Below, piece after piece: positions 22,702 to 31,326 of a DNA stretch of 32,000 bases. The position numbers were made by a program, and so were the translations under genes. Positions within the stretch are counted from its first letter, which is position 1. Every line of letters begins with the position of its first letter. The notes beneath the pieces are model-generated. The model did no database searches, was not told where the DNA came from, and saw only the letters and a list, made by a program, of their open reading frames with translations. This DNA is from Candidatus Electrothrix yaqonensis (GTDB lineage: Bacteria; Desulfobacterota; Desulfobulbia; Desulfobulbales; Desulfobulbaceae): contig CP178758.1 in assembly GCA_047651235.1 (NCBI GenBank), positions 2,910,001 through 2,942,000 on the forward strand, written 5' to 3'.

Positions 22702-24807
22702 TTAATTAAACTGCCAGACATTGTTCTTGTTGCTGGCAGGCGGCTGTGTTTTCGGCCACTGCATCTGCTGCTGCATGGCCGGGTTATTCATTGTTCTGTC
22801 CATGATGGTCAGATCGATCTCAGCCGGATTGCCGGAGCTGATCCGTACTTCTTTGATAGACGACGTAAATGCTCCTTTGCTTGCCTGTATCTGGCAGGTA
22901 AGATTTTTCCTGTCAAGGTTGAAAGAAAAATAGCCGTTATAATCAGTTGTTGCCGTATATGACAGGCCGCTTGCCAAGTCCCAGGCTTTGATCTGAGCAT
23001 TATACACAGGGGCTCCGTTGCTGCTGTACGCGACCCGGCCCTGGAGATCGGGCGGCGGCGGAGCACTGAAGCGGGAGTTGTGGTCGGTGTAGTTGTTGTA
23101 TTGATTCTTGCTGGTGTACTGATCAGTGTAATTCGGGATATAGGGTTCATTGAAGGAAATTCCTCCCTGTCGGGCCCGGTTTGTTTTGCACACTGCGCAG
23201 GAGCTTGTTGACTGTTGCGACTGCTGCGGCCAGCTCTGCTGGGAGGGATTCTTTTTTTGGCATGAGCAGTTGGCCTGGGCTTGATTCGGACGGTTCAGGC
23301 TGATCGGATTCGGTCTGATCGGCATCCTCTGTACGTTGATTGTCCGTCTGGACTCGTCGCTTCTTGCGTCTTTCCGGTCAACGGTAATACAGGAGAACTC
23401 TCTGTTTCCGGTTGCATAAAAGGTAAGCACGGCATTCACGGTTGAGCCGGACGCAATCCAGTCGGAGGTATAGGGAGTATTGCCTGCTATGCTGGTGTTT
23501 TCTGTGGTGCATTCCACCTTGACTTGGTCACCATCGGAATCTGAACCGGCGGTTATCGGAATAGAGGTCGGGTGCCCTGTCTGCGTATCATACGGATAAG
23601 AGCTGATCTCCGGCTTGCCCGGAGCGTGATTATCCGGGCGGACCATAACCGTTGCTCCGTTTGACGAGCTGGTGAATCCCTGGCGGCTGTGGGATGTGCA
23701 GGAAATTTCCTTCATCCCTTCAGAAAAAAAGGTAAACTTTGCCTTGCTTTCTGCTCCCGGGGGCAGCCAGTCGGAAAGATAGGGATTACCTGCTGTTCTG
23801 TTGGAATCTCGCGCTTCGCAGCTGATTCTGACCAGGTCTCTGTTGGAGGGGTCTTCCCCGGCAACCAGCGAAACAGTAACCGGCTTATTCGGCAGCGCAT
23901 GATCAGGCGCCTTGACAACGGGCGGAGGCGTGGTAAAGTCGCGGCGCCCGGAGATGATAATTGTCCGCTGGTTCAGGGAGCTTGTAGCACCATACCTGTC
24001 CAGAGTATTGCAGAAGATGGTCTGCGATCCGGCTGACTGAAAACGGAATTCCGCTGTTACAGTATATCCGGCATAGACCCAATCGGAGCGGTACGGATTG
24101 TCCGGTGTACTTGCCGAGCCGGTGGCTGTGCACTGCACTTGGACCATCTCGCCGCCCTGTCCTCTCCCGGCAGTCACAGGGATATTGACCGGCATGTTTA
24201 CTTCTGCCTCTGCAGGAGCATTGCTGATCAGAGGCCGGTTCGGAGCGGTATTCGGCCGGGGTGCAGGCGCGGTAGGGGCAGGTACAGGAGGGTCAGATAC
24301 AGGTGAAGGGACGCCGTTTCTTGATATCTGCACATATCCGACCCAGGCATGCCCCACGTTGTTCGTCACTGTTCCATAAAAGCGATGCGGAAACTGGGCG
24401 ATCGTATCCAGGTTCAGCCGGAGGGTAGCCACCTCGCTGCCGGGAGTGATTTTTCCGGATACCAAAACAGTACCGCTCTGGCTGCCGGACCTGATATTCA
24501 CACTGTTCGTATTATAGAAATTGCCTTTTTTTGATTTAATATTAAACCGGGCAGTGGAGCCTTCAATCTGAACAGACATTCTCAGAATGTCTCCCCAGGT
24601 CCCCCCGCCGCTGTCGGTTGCGGCGAGATCAGCGGAATACCGCTGAGAAGATGCAGGCTGATTGTCCCAGTCGTTCCAATATTGAGCAAAGGCGGTGTTG
24701 CTCATACCCATGCCTGTCAGGCAACAGATAATGAGCACTGCAATGCACCGGCACTGTTGCCTGAATACGTCAGCCTGCAGCAGCTCCTGAGAAAGAAAAT
24801 ACTTCAT
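22702..24807 (-). CDS. exported multi-domain repeat protein of unknown function
   Basis: 701 aa with GGAGGA SD and a signal peptide (IAVLIICCLTGMGMSNTAFA/QY). Layout: about 120-aa N-domain, Pro-rich linker, three repeats of about 104 aa, a Q/N-rich segment with CxC...CxxC, an N/Y-rich segment, and a C-terminal CarboxypepD_reg-like beta-sandwich (GRVAYSSNGAPVYNAQIKAW...TDYNGYFSF). Confidence 0.8.
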   Translation of the reverse strand: MKYFLSQELLQADVFRQQCRCIAVLIICCLTGMGMSNTAFAQYWNDWDNQPASSQRYSADLAATDSGGGTWGDILRMSVQIEGSTARFNIKSKKGNFYNTNSVNIRSGSQSGTVLVSGKITPGSEVATLRLNLDTIAQFPHRFYGTVTNNVGHAWVGYVQISRNGVPSPVSDPPVPAPTAPAPRPNTAPNRPLISNAPAEAEVNMPVNIPVTAGRGQGGEMVQVQCTATGSASTPDNPYRSDWVYAGYTVTAEFRFQSAGSQTIFCNTLDRYGATSSLNQRTIIISGRRDFTTPPPVVKAPDHALPNKPVTVSLVAGEDPSNRDLVRISCEARDSNRTAGNPYLSDWLPPGAESKAKFTFFSEGMKEISCTSHSRQGFTSSSNGATVMVRPDNHAPGKPEISSYPYDTQTGHPTSIPITAGSDSDGDQVKVECTTENTSIAGNTPYTSDWIASGSTVNAVLTFYATGNREFSCITVDRKDARSDESRRTINVQRMPIRPNPISLNRPNQAQANCSCQKKNPSQQSWPQQSQQSTSSCAVCKTNRARQGGISFNEPYIPNYTDQYTSKNQYNNYTDHNSRFSAPPPPDLQGRVAYSSNGAPVYNAQIKAWDLASGLSYTATTDYNGYFSFNLDRKNLTCQIQASKGAFTSSIKEVRISSGNPAEIDLTIMDRTMNNPAMQQQMQWPKTQPPASNKNNVWQFN
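23329..24231 (-). repeat. three tandem protein-level repeats of about 104 aa within the 701-aa gene
   Basis: aa 193-287, 297-390 and 399-493 share the pattern P-x-I/V-x-V/L-T/V-A-G...V-x-V/I-x-C...N-P/T-Y-x-S-D-W...F-x-F...G...I/F-x-C. Cys pairs sit exactly 40 residues apart (226/266, 330/370, 433/473). SDW occurs at 241, 345 and 448. Confidence 0.75.
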
Positions 24808-24992
24808 GGTTGTCCTCCGAGGATCAATTCTGTAATTTTTCCCTGTAGGGACTCCGGATCAAACGGGTTGTCAGCAGGGGACTTTCCGGGCGCGTTGCGT
24901 TGATCTGCTGCCTGCGCATAGGGAGTACTTTTCAGCACAGAGAAAAATATAATACATATAAAGGTTGTAAACGAAAAGATGCGTTCTGTCAA
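24804..24992 (-). CDS. possible small exported peptide (63 aa from TTG), translationally coupled to the 701-aa gene
   Basis: The frame is open from 25100. TTG at 24992 gives MTERIFSFTTFICIIFFSVLKSTPYAQA/ADQRNAPGKSPADNPFDPESLQGKITELILGGQP, a classic n-h-c signal peptide with an AxA site. Its TGA overlaps the downstream ATG (ATGA at 24807-24804). No convincing SD; start uncertain. Confidence 0.35.
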   Translation of the reverse strand: MTERIFSFTTFICIIFFSVLKSTPYAQAADQRNAPGKSPADNPFDPESLQGKITELILGGQP

Positions 24993-25100
24993 AAAGAATC
25001 CAGCCCGTTGCTGGAAAAGGGGATATGAAGCAAGGGAACTTTCGGTTCTTCCGTTGGTTATTTTATTTTTCCTGAAAAAATAGGCCCTGTGCGAGGGCAT

Positions 25101-25775
25101 ATGGCGATATTACTTGCAGCGGCAACTGATATGGAAATGCAGGCATTTACTGGTATTACTGACAGTATGGGAAAACAGGCTCCTCTTCTGTACCGCCTTG
25201 TCACAGGAATCGGGCCTGTGGAAACTGCTTTGTCGCTTTCCTGCCTGCTGCAGCGGCAGTCTTCTGCAATCGATTGGGTGCTGAATTTCGGTATTGCCGG
25301 TGCATATCCTGAAGATAGGACAGCTGTCCAGGCCGGGCTGCTTGACATCTGCCTTGCCGAGCAGGAGGTGATCGGAGATCTCGGCATTCAGTTGGCGGAC
25401 AGGGTGGAGCGCTTCGGCACAGAGCTGCCGGTCCGCGACCGGTTTGTCCTTGATCAATCCCTGTTGGCTGCGGCGGAAGCGGCTCTGCAGCAGAGCGGCA
25501 TGGCCTGGAAAAAAGGTATTTTTGTCACCGTCAACTGTGCCAGCGGTACGGCAAAAAGAGGACGACAGCTCGGCCGCCAGTTCTGCGGCCTGTGCGAAAA
25601 TATGGAAGGCGCAGCAGTGGCGCGGGTCTGCGAGGCCTTTGCTTTACCCTGCTTGGAAGTCCGCTGTGTGAGCAATATGGTCGAGGATCGGAACAGAGCA
25701 AATTGGAAACTGCAGCAGGCCTGCAGAAAAGCGGGGCAGGCGGCAGCAGCGATTATTGGCGTTGACCGCTGTTGA
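25101..25775 (+). CDS. mqnB: futalosine hydrolase (MqnB) / PNP_UDP_1 nucleosidase family
   Basis: About 224 aa from ATG 25101 (GAGGG SD). ILLAAATDMEM, GIGPVETA, NFGIAGAY and ENMEGAAVARVC...VRCVSNMVEDRNRANW match the MqnB-type pattern rather than classical MTAN. Confidence 0.7.
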   Translation: MAILLAAATDMEMQAFTGITDSMGKQAPLLYRLVTGIGPVETALSLSCLLQRQSSAIDWVLNFGIAGAYPEDRTAVQAGLLDICLAEQEVIGDLGIQLADRVERFGTELPVRDRFVLDQSLLAAAEAALQQSGMAWKKGIFVTVNCASGTAKRGRQLGRQFCGLCENMEGAAVARVCEAFALPCLEVRCVSNMVEDRNRANWKLQQACRKAGQAAAAIIGVDRC

Positions 25776-25935
25776 GCCGGATTCCTATGAACTGCAGGAG
25801 AAGCACGGACACCCCCTCGTCGGTTCAATCCTCAAGCACAGCCGGGGCAACTTGGAGGATATCCTTTTCCGCCACCTCGGCAACCTTGCTGTTAACGGGA
25901 CTCCAAGCCTTGTTCAGCCTTTTATAAAGGAAAAG

Positions 25936-27189
25936 TCACGATTCCTTCTGCACAGCATCTGATCCTTCCTCGCCGTACAGTTCCAGCAGGTGCCCCATCT
26001 TATCCCGTTTACAGCGGAGATACTCCTTATTTTCGCACTCGCAGAGGATCTCGATGGGCAGCCGGGCCACTGCCTCCAGCCCATATCCTTCCAGCCCGAT
26101 GATCTTCTTCGGGTTATTGGTCAGCAGGCGCATCTTGCGGACGCCGAGATCGCGGAGGATTTGAGCACCGATCCCGTAATCCCGCAGATCCGGCTTAAAG
26201 CCGAGGTGGACATTGGCTTCCACTGTATCCAGGCCTTCTTCGTCTTGGAGATTGTACGCTTTCAGTTTGTTGACCAGGCCGATACCTCTGCCTTCCTGCC
26301 GCATATAGAGGATAACCCCCCTGCCTTCCTGCTCCACCATCTTCATGGCGGCCTGCAGCTGGGCTCCGCAGTCACAGCGGGCCGAGCCGAATACATCACC
26401 GGTCAGGCATTCGGAATGGACCCGCACCATAACCGGTTCATCCGGGGTGATCTCCCCCTTGACCAAAGCAACATGTTCAAATTCGTCCACATCATTGGTA
26501 TAGGCAATCACCTTGAATTCACCGGCGTGCAGGGTGGGTAGGCGGGTCTCCACAGCACGATGGACCAGCATATCCTCGCGCAGCCGGTAGGCCACCAGAT
26601 CGGCAACCGTGGCGATTTTCAGATCATGCTGTTCAGCAAACTTTTCCAGATCCGGCATCCGGGCCATTGTGCCGTCATCCTTCATGATTTCGCAGATCAC
26701 TCCGGCTGTCCGCATCCTGGCAAGCCGGGCTAGGTCCACCGATCCCTCGGTCTGACCGGTGCGCACCAGCACCCCGCCTTTACGCGCCCGCAGGGGAAAA
26801 ATATGACCCGGGCTGATAATATCACGGGGGGTTGCATCCGGGGCCACGGCCGCCTCAATGGTTCTGGCCCGGTCAGCCGCCGAGATACCGGTGGTCACGC
26901 CGGTACGGGCTTCAATACTGATGGTGAACCCGGTGCCGTAAGGTGACTGATTGTCCTGCACCATCATGGGCAGGCCTAACTGTCCGATAATATCCGGACT
27001 CAGGGTCAGGCAGATCAGGCCGCGGCCGTGGGTGGCCATAAAATTGATGGCCTCCGGGGTCACGGCCTCGGCGGCCATGCAGAGGTCACCTTCGTTTTCC
27101 CGGTCTTCATCATCCACCAGGATGACCATTTTACCGGCCCTGATATCTTCAACAACTTCTTCTATGGGACTGACAGCCATGATACTCAC
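25936..27189 (-). CDS. ribBA: bifunctional 3,4-dihydroxy-2-butanone-4-phosphate synthase / GTP cyclohydrolase II
   Basis: 417 aa. RibB motif [11 protein letters not shown]; RibA Zn/catalytic region [24 protein letters not shown] at 27189 or ATG at 27180. Confidence 0.93.
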   Translation of the reverse strand: MSIMAVSPIEEVVEDIRAGKMVILVDDEDRENEGDLCMAAEAVTPEAINFMATHGRGLICLTLSPDIIGQLGLPMMVQDNQSPYGTGFTISIEARTGVTTGISAADRARTIEAAVAPDATPRDIISPGHIFPLRARKGGVLVRTGQTEGSVDLARLARMRTAGVICEIMKDDGTMARMPDLEKFAEQHDLKIATVADLVAYRLREDMLVHRAVETRLPTLHAGEFKVIAYTNDVDEFEHVALVKGEITPDEPVMVRVHSECLTGDVFGSARCDCGAQLQAAMKMVEQEGRGVILYMRQEGRGIGLVNKLKAYNLQDEEGLDTVEANVHLGFKPDLRDYGIGAQILRDLGVRKMRLLTNNPKKIIGLEGYGLEAVARLPIEILCECENKEYLRCKRDKMGHLLELYGEEGSDAVQKES

Positions 27190-27276
27190 TTAATATTCTG
27201 TATTCTGTTATACCCGGTCACCTGAATCGCTGAATCGACCGGAACCGGGAGTACGTTTATCTCTTGTTTCTCTCTT

Positions 27277-27933
27277 TTATCGCAAAAATCCGTGCTCTGC
27301 CAGGAAGGCCGGATTGATTCTGCTTTTTGTTTCCGACCCGGCAGGTTGCGCTGCAAGCAGTTTTTCCACATACTTGCCGATAATATCTACTTCCAAGTTT
27401 ACCCGGCTGCCCTGCCGCAGACCACCCAAGGTGGTAACAGCCAGAGTATGCGGAATAATGGAAACGGAAAACTTATTGCCGGAGCAGGAATTGACGGTCA
27501 GACTGACTCCGTCAATGGTGATCGAGCCTTTTTCAATAACATATCTGGTCAGCTTCTGGTCCAAGGAAAAGGTGAACAAGGTAAAATCTCCGGCTGCTTT
27601 CCGTTCCTCAACCCGGCCCAAGGTGTCCACATGCCCGCTGACCAGATGGCCACCCAGCCGATCGGTTAGGCGCAGAGCGCGTTCCATGTTGACCCTGAAG
27701 CCAACCTCCAGCTGGCCTAAACCGGTGCGTGACAGACTCTCCGGTGAGACATCCACCAGAAAACGGCGGCCCCGGATATCACGGGCAGTGAGACAGGCTC
27801 CGTTGACCGCAATGGACTCCCCTTCTTCCGGATCAGTCAGCTCAAAATCCGCCTCCAAGCTGAAAACCATGCCGCTGCCAGCAGGCCGCTTTTCAACAAC
27901 CGTGCCCAGTCCCTGAATTATACCGGTAAACAT
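27277..27933 (-). CDS. ribE: riboflavin synthase (alpha chain)
   Basis: 218 aa. MFTGIIQGLG N-terminus and an internal duplicated barrel with GGHLVSGHVD. Confidence 0.92.
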   Translation of the reverse strand: MFTGIIQGLGTVVEKRPAGSGMVFSLEADFELTDPEEGESIAVNGACLTARDIRGRRFLVDVSPESLSRTGLGQLEVGFRVNMERALRLTDRLGGHLVSGHVDTLGRVEERKAAGDFTLFTFSLDQKLTRYVIEKGSITIDGVSLTVNSCSGNKFSVSIIPHTLAVTTLGGLRQGSRVNLEVDIIGKYVEKLLAAQPAGSETKSRINPAFLAEHGFLR

Positions 27934-28541
27934 TACCCCTGTTCTACCTCATCCGCCAAGGCGGCAAACTCCTCTGCCTTACGCTTGTGCTTGAAATTTT
28001 TATGAATGGAAGCAGCAGTCCGGTAGGTATCAGCCGCTTTCCCGTTCTCACCTTTTTCCCGGTACAGTTCAGCAACGATGACCAGCACTTCAACCATGCC
28101 TTTCGGATTTTTAGTCAGCTGATAATGCTCGACCATGTCAAAGGCGAGCTCCAGCGCCTTGTCCAGTTCGCCCTGATGCCGATACACAGCAGTAATTTTT
28201 TTATTCAGAGACAGGATGGAAAAGGAATCCTCCTCCTTTTCGCAGATGGCGCATGCCCGCCGGTAATGCTCCAGAGCTGCGGCATAGTCCTGCCGCTCCA
28301 GGCAGACATCACCGAGGCGGTCCGAGGCGTTGGCAATTCCCTGCTCATCGCCTTTTTCTTCAAAGCCTTTCAGGGCATTGTGAAAGGACATGGCCGCTGC
28401 CGCGTGATCGCCTTTTTTCAGCTGTTCGCGGCCTTCAAGGTAATCACGTTTGGCTGGATCCTTTTTCAGGGCCTCTTCCCTGGCCTTTTCCGGGTCAGCC
28501 GGTCCGATGGAACTAAGCGGCTGGATAGATGCAGAAGACAT
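27933..28541 (-). CDS. TPR repeat protein
   Basis: 202 aa. About four TPR-like units (e.g. AAAMSFHNALKGFEEKGD, AAALEHYRRACAICEK, DKALELAFDMVEHYQ, GKAADTYRTAASIHK). GGAG SD. Its TAA overlaps the ribE ATG by 1 nt (TAATG). Confidence 0.8.
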   Translation of the reverse strand: MSSASIQPLSSIGPADPEKAREEALKKDPAKRDYLEGREQLKKGDHAAAAMSFHNALKGFEEKGDEQGIANASDRLGDVCLERQDYAAALEHYRRACAICEKEEDSFSILSLNKKITAVYRHQGELDKALELAFDMVEHYQLTKNPKGMVEVLVIVAELYREKGENGKAADTYRTAASIHKNFKHKRKAEEFAALADEVEQG

Positions 28542-28634
28542 CGGTTTTCTCCAATATATAAAATCTGTTGATAATCAAAGTAAATATTTCCGTCGCTGGT
28601 TTCGCCGGTTATATCGGCTTCCCTTTCTTTCCGT

Positions 28635-30035
28635 TTATTCAACAAACGAAACAGGCAGAATAAAATAGAAATTGTTTCCCTCGGAAGTTTTCTCGTACCC
28701 GACGATCCCGCCGTGCAGCTCGACCACATGCTGGATAAAGGCAAGACCGTGCCCGGTACCGTGAATCCCTTTGCTGTCCCTGCCGCGCACCCCTTCCTGA
28801 AAGATACGCTGCGCTTCCTCCTGGTCAAGATGCGGGCCGGTGCTGAAGACATTAAATTTCACCCCCTGTTCGCCGCATTCCGGAAAATTTTCTACAATCT
28901 CACGACCGTAAGCGACAAGCTTGCGGAATTTTCCGTCCCGTGTCACAACTTCGCGGGTATATTTGGCTGCATTGGAAAACAGATTCGCATAGACCTGAGA
29001 CAGCAGGCCGATATCAACCACAAGCTGAAATTCTTCCTCCAGCATATTGTTCGGCCGGGCCACTGTAATATTCGCTGCCCGTAAACGGCTGGCATAGTTT
29101 TCCAGCTGCGGCAGAATAATTTCCTTTTCCACAAAACAGCGTTTCGGCCGCAGCACCAGATGCCCGCTCTCAAAATGCTCCCGCCGAAAGAGGCTTTCCA
29201 GAAACAAACTGATATTGGCGTGATGCTTCACCATCTCGCTGTGATAGAAAAGCAGTTCCTGGCTCAACCGGTCATAATGTTCAAGAGATTCTGCGTAGGC
29301 ATCTGATGCAGCAGATAATCCGGCGGTCATTTCCAGTTCGTCCCGCAGTTCGTCAAGCTCTCTGATTTTTTTACGTAACTTGTTAAACAGATGCCTAAAA
29401 TACATATTCGGCACAATCACATTATGCTCAATATCCATCACCAGGGTGTTGATGAACTTGAGGTGATCAATATTCTGCAGCGCTATAAGCCGGTTATGCA
29501 GATTAAACCCGATCCGGTTGGTATATTTATTGAAGAAGAAACAGTCTGTTTCCGACAGCTTTTCTGCAGAGCAAACACTGAACATGCCCAGAATACGGTT
29601 TGTCCCGTACAGTCTGTCAGAGGGCACACATTCCGGCGCTCTCTCTTCCGCCGTGAAGTTTCCTTCTTCGGCTGGAGATTTGCTGTAGATCGGTACGGCA
29701 TAGAAGGTATCGGTCCGATACGGCTCTCTGCTTAACCTGATATTCTCCGATGCCGATACTCTTTCCGGATAAACCCCCTGATCACTGTCGCAGACCAGAT
29801 ACAGGCAGCCATCTTTCTCATCATACAGATACAGTGCACTGGCAACCTCAAGCATCTCCAAAGGCACAGCGACACAGACTCGATAAAAGTCATCAAGAGA
29901 ATCATACTCCTGAGCAAGGTCAAAAAAGGCCTTTAAAAAATCATTAAATGCTGAACTGAAATCGTATCGCTCATAAGCTGTTGTTTTTTCACGTATACGC
30001 TGACAGACTTTCTGAAGATCCGAACAATGCGGCAT
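28635..30035 (-). CDS. cytoplasmic sensor histidine kinase with a GAF-like N-terminal region and an atypical H-box
   Basis: HATPase_c N-box LSQVYANLFSNAAKY and G2 box GTGHGLAFIQHVVELHGG. Candidate H-box MDIEHNVIVPN. No TM segments. The N-terminal 190 aa are GAF-like by eye. ATG 30035 has AGGGTGG upstream; GTG 30044 is an alternative start. Confidence 0.8.
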   Translation of the reverse strand: MPHCSDLQKVCQRIREKTTAYERYDFSSAFNDFLKAFFDLAQEYDSLDDFYRVCVAVPLEMLEVASALYLYDEKDGCLYLVCDSDQGVYPERVSASENIRLSREPYRTDTFYAVPIYSKSPAEEGNFTAEERAPECVPSDRLYGTNRILGMFSVCSAEKLSETDCFFFNKYTNRIGFNLHNRLIALQNIDHLKFINTLVMDIEHNVIVPNMYFRHLFNKLRKKIRELDELRDELEMTAGLSAASDAYAESLEHYDRLSQELLFYHSEMVKHHANISLFLESLFRREHFESGHLVLRPKRCFVEKEIILPQLENYASRLRAANITVARPNNMLEEEFQLVVDIGLLSQVYANLFSNAAKYTREVVTRDGKFRKLVAYGREIVENFPECGEQGVKFNVFSTGPHLDQEEAQRIFQEGVRGRDSKGIHGTGHGLAFIQHVVELHGGIVGYEKTSEGNNFYFILPVSFVE

Positions 30036-30185
30036 AGTGACCACCCTGTATTACGGTATTACAGCATGACGGCAGTAAGAGATCCGCCTCATATTTTTAT
30101 CGCCGGGAGGTGCAGACGGAACAAAAACGTTCCGAAAAAACAAACCTATCCCCGGTCAACTGTATCAATCTGCATCAGCTTATAA

Positions 30186-30725
30186 TCACTTTATATCAAC
30201 CACAACCTGGTCTTTCTCCGCATGTTCGGAAAACAACACATCCACCCGCTCCGATGCCTCGGCCCGGATGCAGGTTCCAGTATAATCCGGCTGGATCGGC
30301 AGCTCACGCCCACCCCGATCAACCAGAACAGCCAGCTGAATGGCGCGGGGCCGACCGTAGTCCATGATTGCATCCAGAGCAGCCCGGATCGTCCGACCGG
30401 TAAACAGGACATCGTCCACCAGAATCACGGTCTTGTCCTCGACGCTGAAATTGATATTCGTCTTCCGGACAATGGGATTCTGCGAAACCAGACTCCAGTC
30501 ATCCCGATACAGGGTGATATCCAAGCTGGCCACAGGCAGCTCTTTCTGCTCGTGCGCGACGATTTTTTCCAGCAGACGGTCGGCCATGCACACGCCTCCC
30601 GTGTGAATGCCGATAAGGGCCAATCCCTCAATCCCCTGGTTCCGCTCAAGGATCTCCAAGGTCAACCGCTCAAGGCTGCGCTGCATAGCAGCACTGTTCA
30701 TAACAATCCGACCGGACATCTTCAA
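30186..30725 (-). CDS. pyrR: bifunctional pyrimidine regulatory protein / uracil phosphoribosyltransferase PyrR
   Basis: 179 aa. PRPP-binding motif VILVDDVLFTGRTIRAA and LALIGIHTGG. ATG overlaps the purN TGA (ATGA). Confidence 0.9.
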   Translation of the reverse strand: MKMSGRIVMNSAAMQRSLERLTLEILERNQGIEGLALIGIHTGGVCMADRLLEKIVAHEQKELPVASLDITLYRDDWSLVSQNPIVRKTNINFSVEDKTVILVDDVLFTGRTIRAALDAIMDYGRPRAIQLAVLVDRGGRELPIQPDYTGTCIRAEASERVDVLFSEHAEKDQVVVDIK

Positions 30726-31297
30726 CCTCGGTTCCAGAAATAATCAATACCTTTTTCATCCACCAAGTTAATGGCTTCCGGAAAGGCCTCGCACTCTTTG
30801 GCAAACACCTTGTCTGCAATATCATCAGGCGTATCCGCATCATCCAGCGGAACACATTTCTGCAGGATAATCGGGCCGTCATCATATACGTCATTGGCAA
30901 AATGCACCGTACAACCGCTGACCGTACAGCCTTTGGCCTTCACCGCCTCATGGACATGATGGCCGTAAAATCCTGGACCGCAGAATGACGGAATCAGGGC
31001 AGGATGAATATTGAGGACCTGCCGCTTCAGTGCTTCCGGCGGTTCATACAGCTTAAGATACCCGGCAAGGGCGATCAGGTCGATATCATATTCAGCCAGA
31101 ATGCTGTTTATTGCCGGATTCCCGACAGCATGAAACGCCGGATAACCGTATTTCTTTGCCTTTTCCAGCCCTAGGGCATCGCCGACATTGGAGATAACCA
31201 CCTGAATTTCAGCCTGCAGCCTTCCTGCCTGAATACATTCATGAAAATTATCCAAGGTTCGGCCGGAACCTGAGAGCAGTACTGCCATTTTCCGCAT
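30722..31297 (-). CDS. purN: phosphoribosylglycinamide formyltransferase
   Basis: 191 aa. VLLSGSGRTL, NIHPALIPSF and GCTVHFANDVYDDGPIILQ. AGGAG SD. Confidence 0.9.
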   Translation of the reverse strand: MRKMAVLLSGSGRTLDNFHECIQAGRLQAEIQVVISNVGDALGLEKAKKYGYPAFHAVGNPAINSILAEYDIDLIALAGYLKLYEPPEALKRQVLNIHPALIPSFCGPGFYGHHVHEAVKAKGCTVSGCTVHFANDVYDDGPIILQKCVPLDDADTPDDIADKVFAKECEAFPEAINLVDEKGIDYFWNRG

Positions 31298-31326
31298 ACA
31301 CTTCTCCTCTGCGCTCTGTCCTGAGC

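Noticed and set aside
24993-25100. Longer 98-aa version of the small ORF upstream of the 701-aa gene
   Set aside because: It would start back-to-back with the divergent mqnB ATG and leave no promoter space. The extra 35 aa precede the signal-peptide-like segment, and no SD is present. The shorter TTG-initiated form is kept as a low-confidence feature.
25756-25962. 68-aa + strand ORF in the mqnB/ribBA convergent gap
   Set aside because: It overlaps both flanking gene ends, and has no SD and no motif.
30111-30128. Hairpin CGGAAC-aaaaac-GTTCCG downstream of pyrR as a terminator
   Set aside because: On the transcribed (minus) strand the U-run precedes rather than follows the stem, and the stem has only 6 bp. 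It is not a credible intrinsic terminator.
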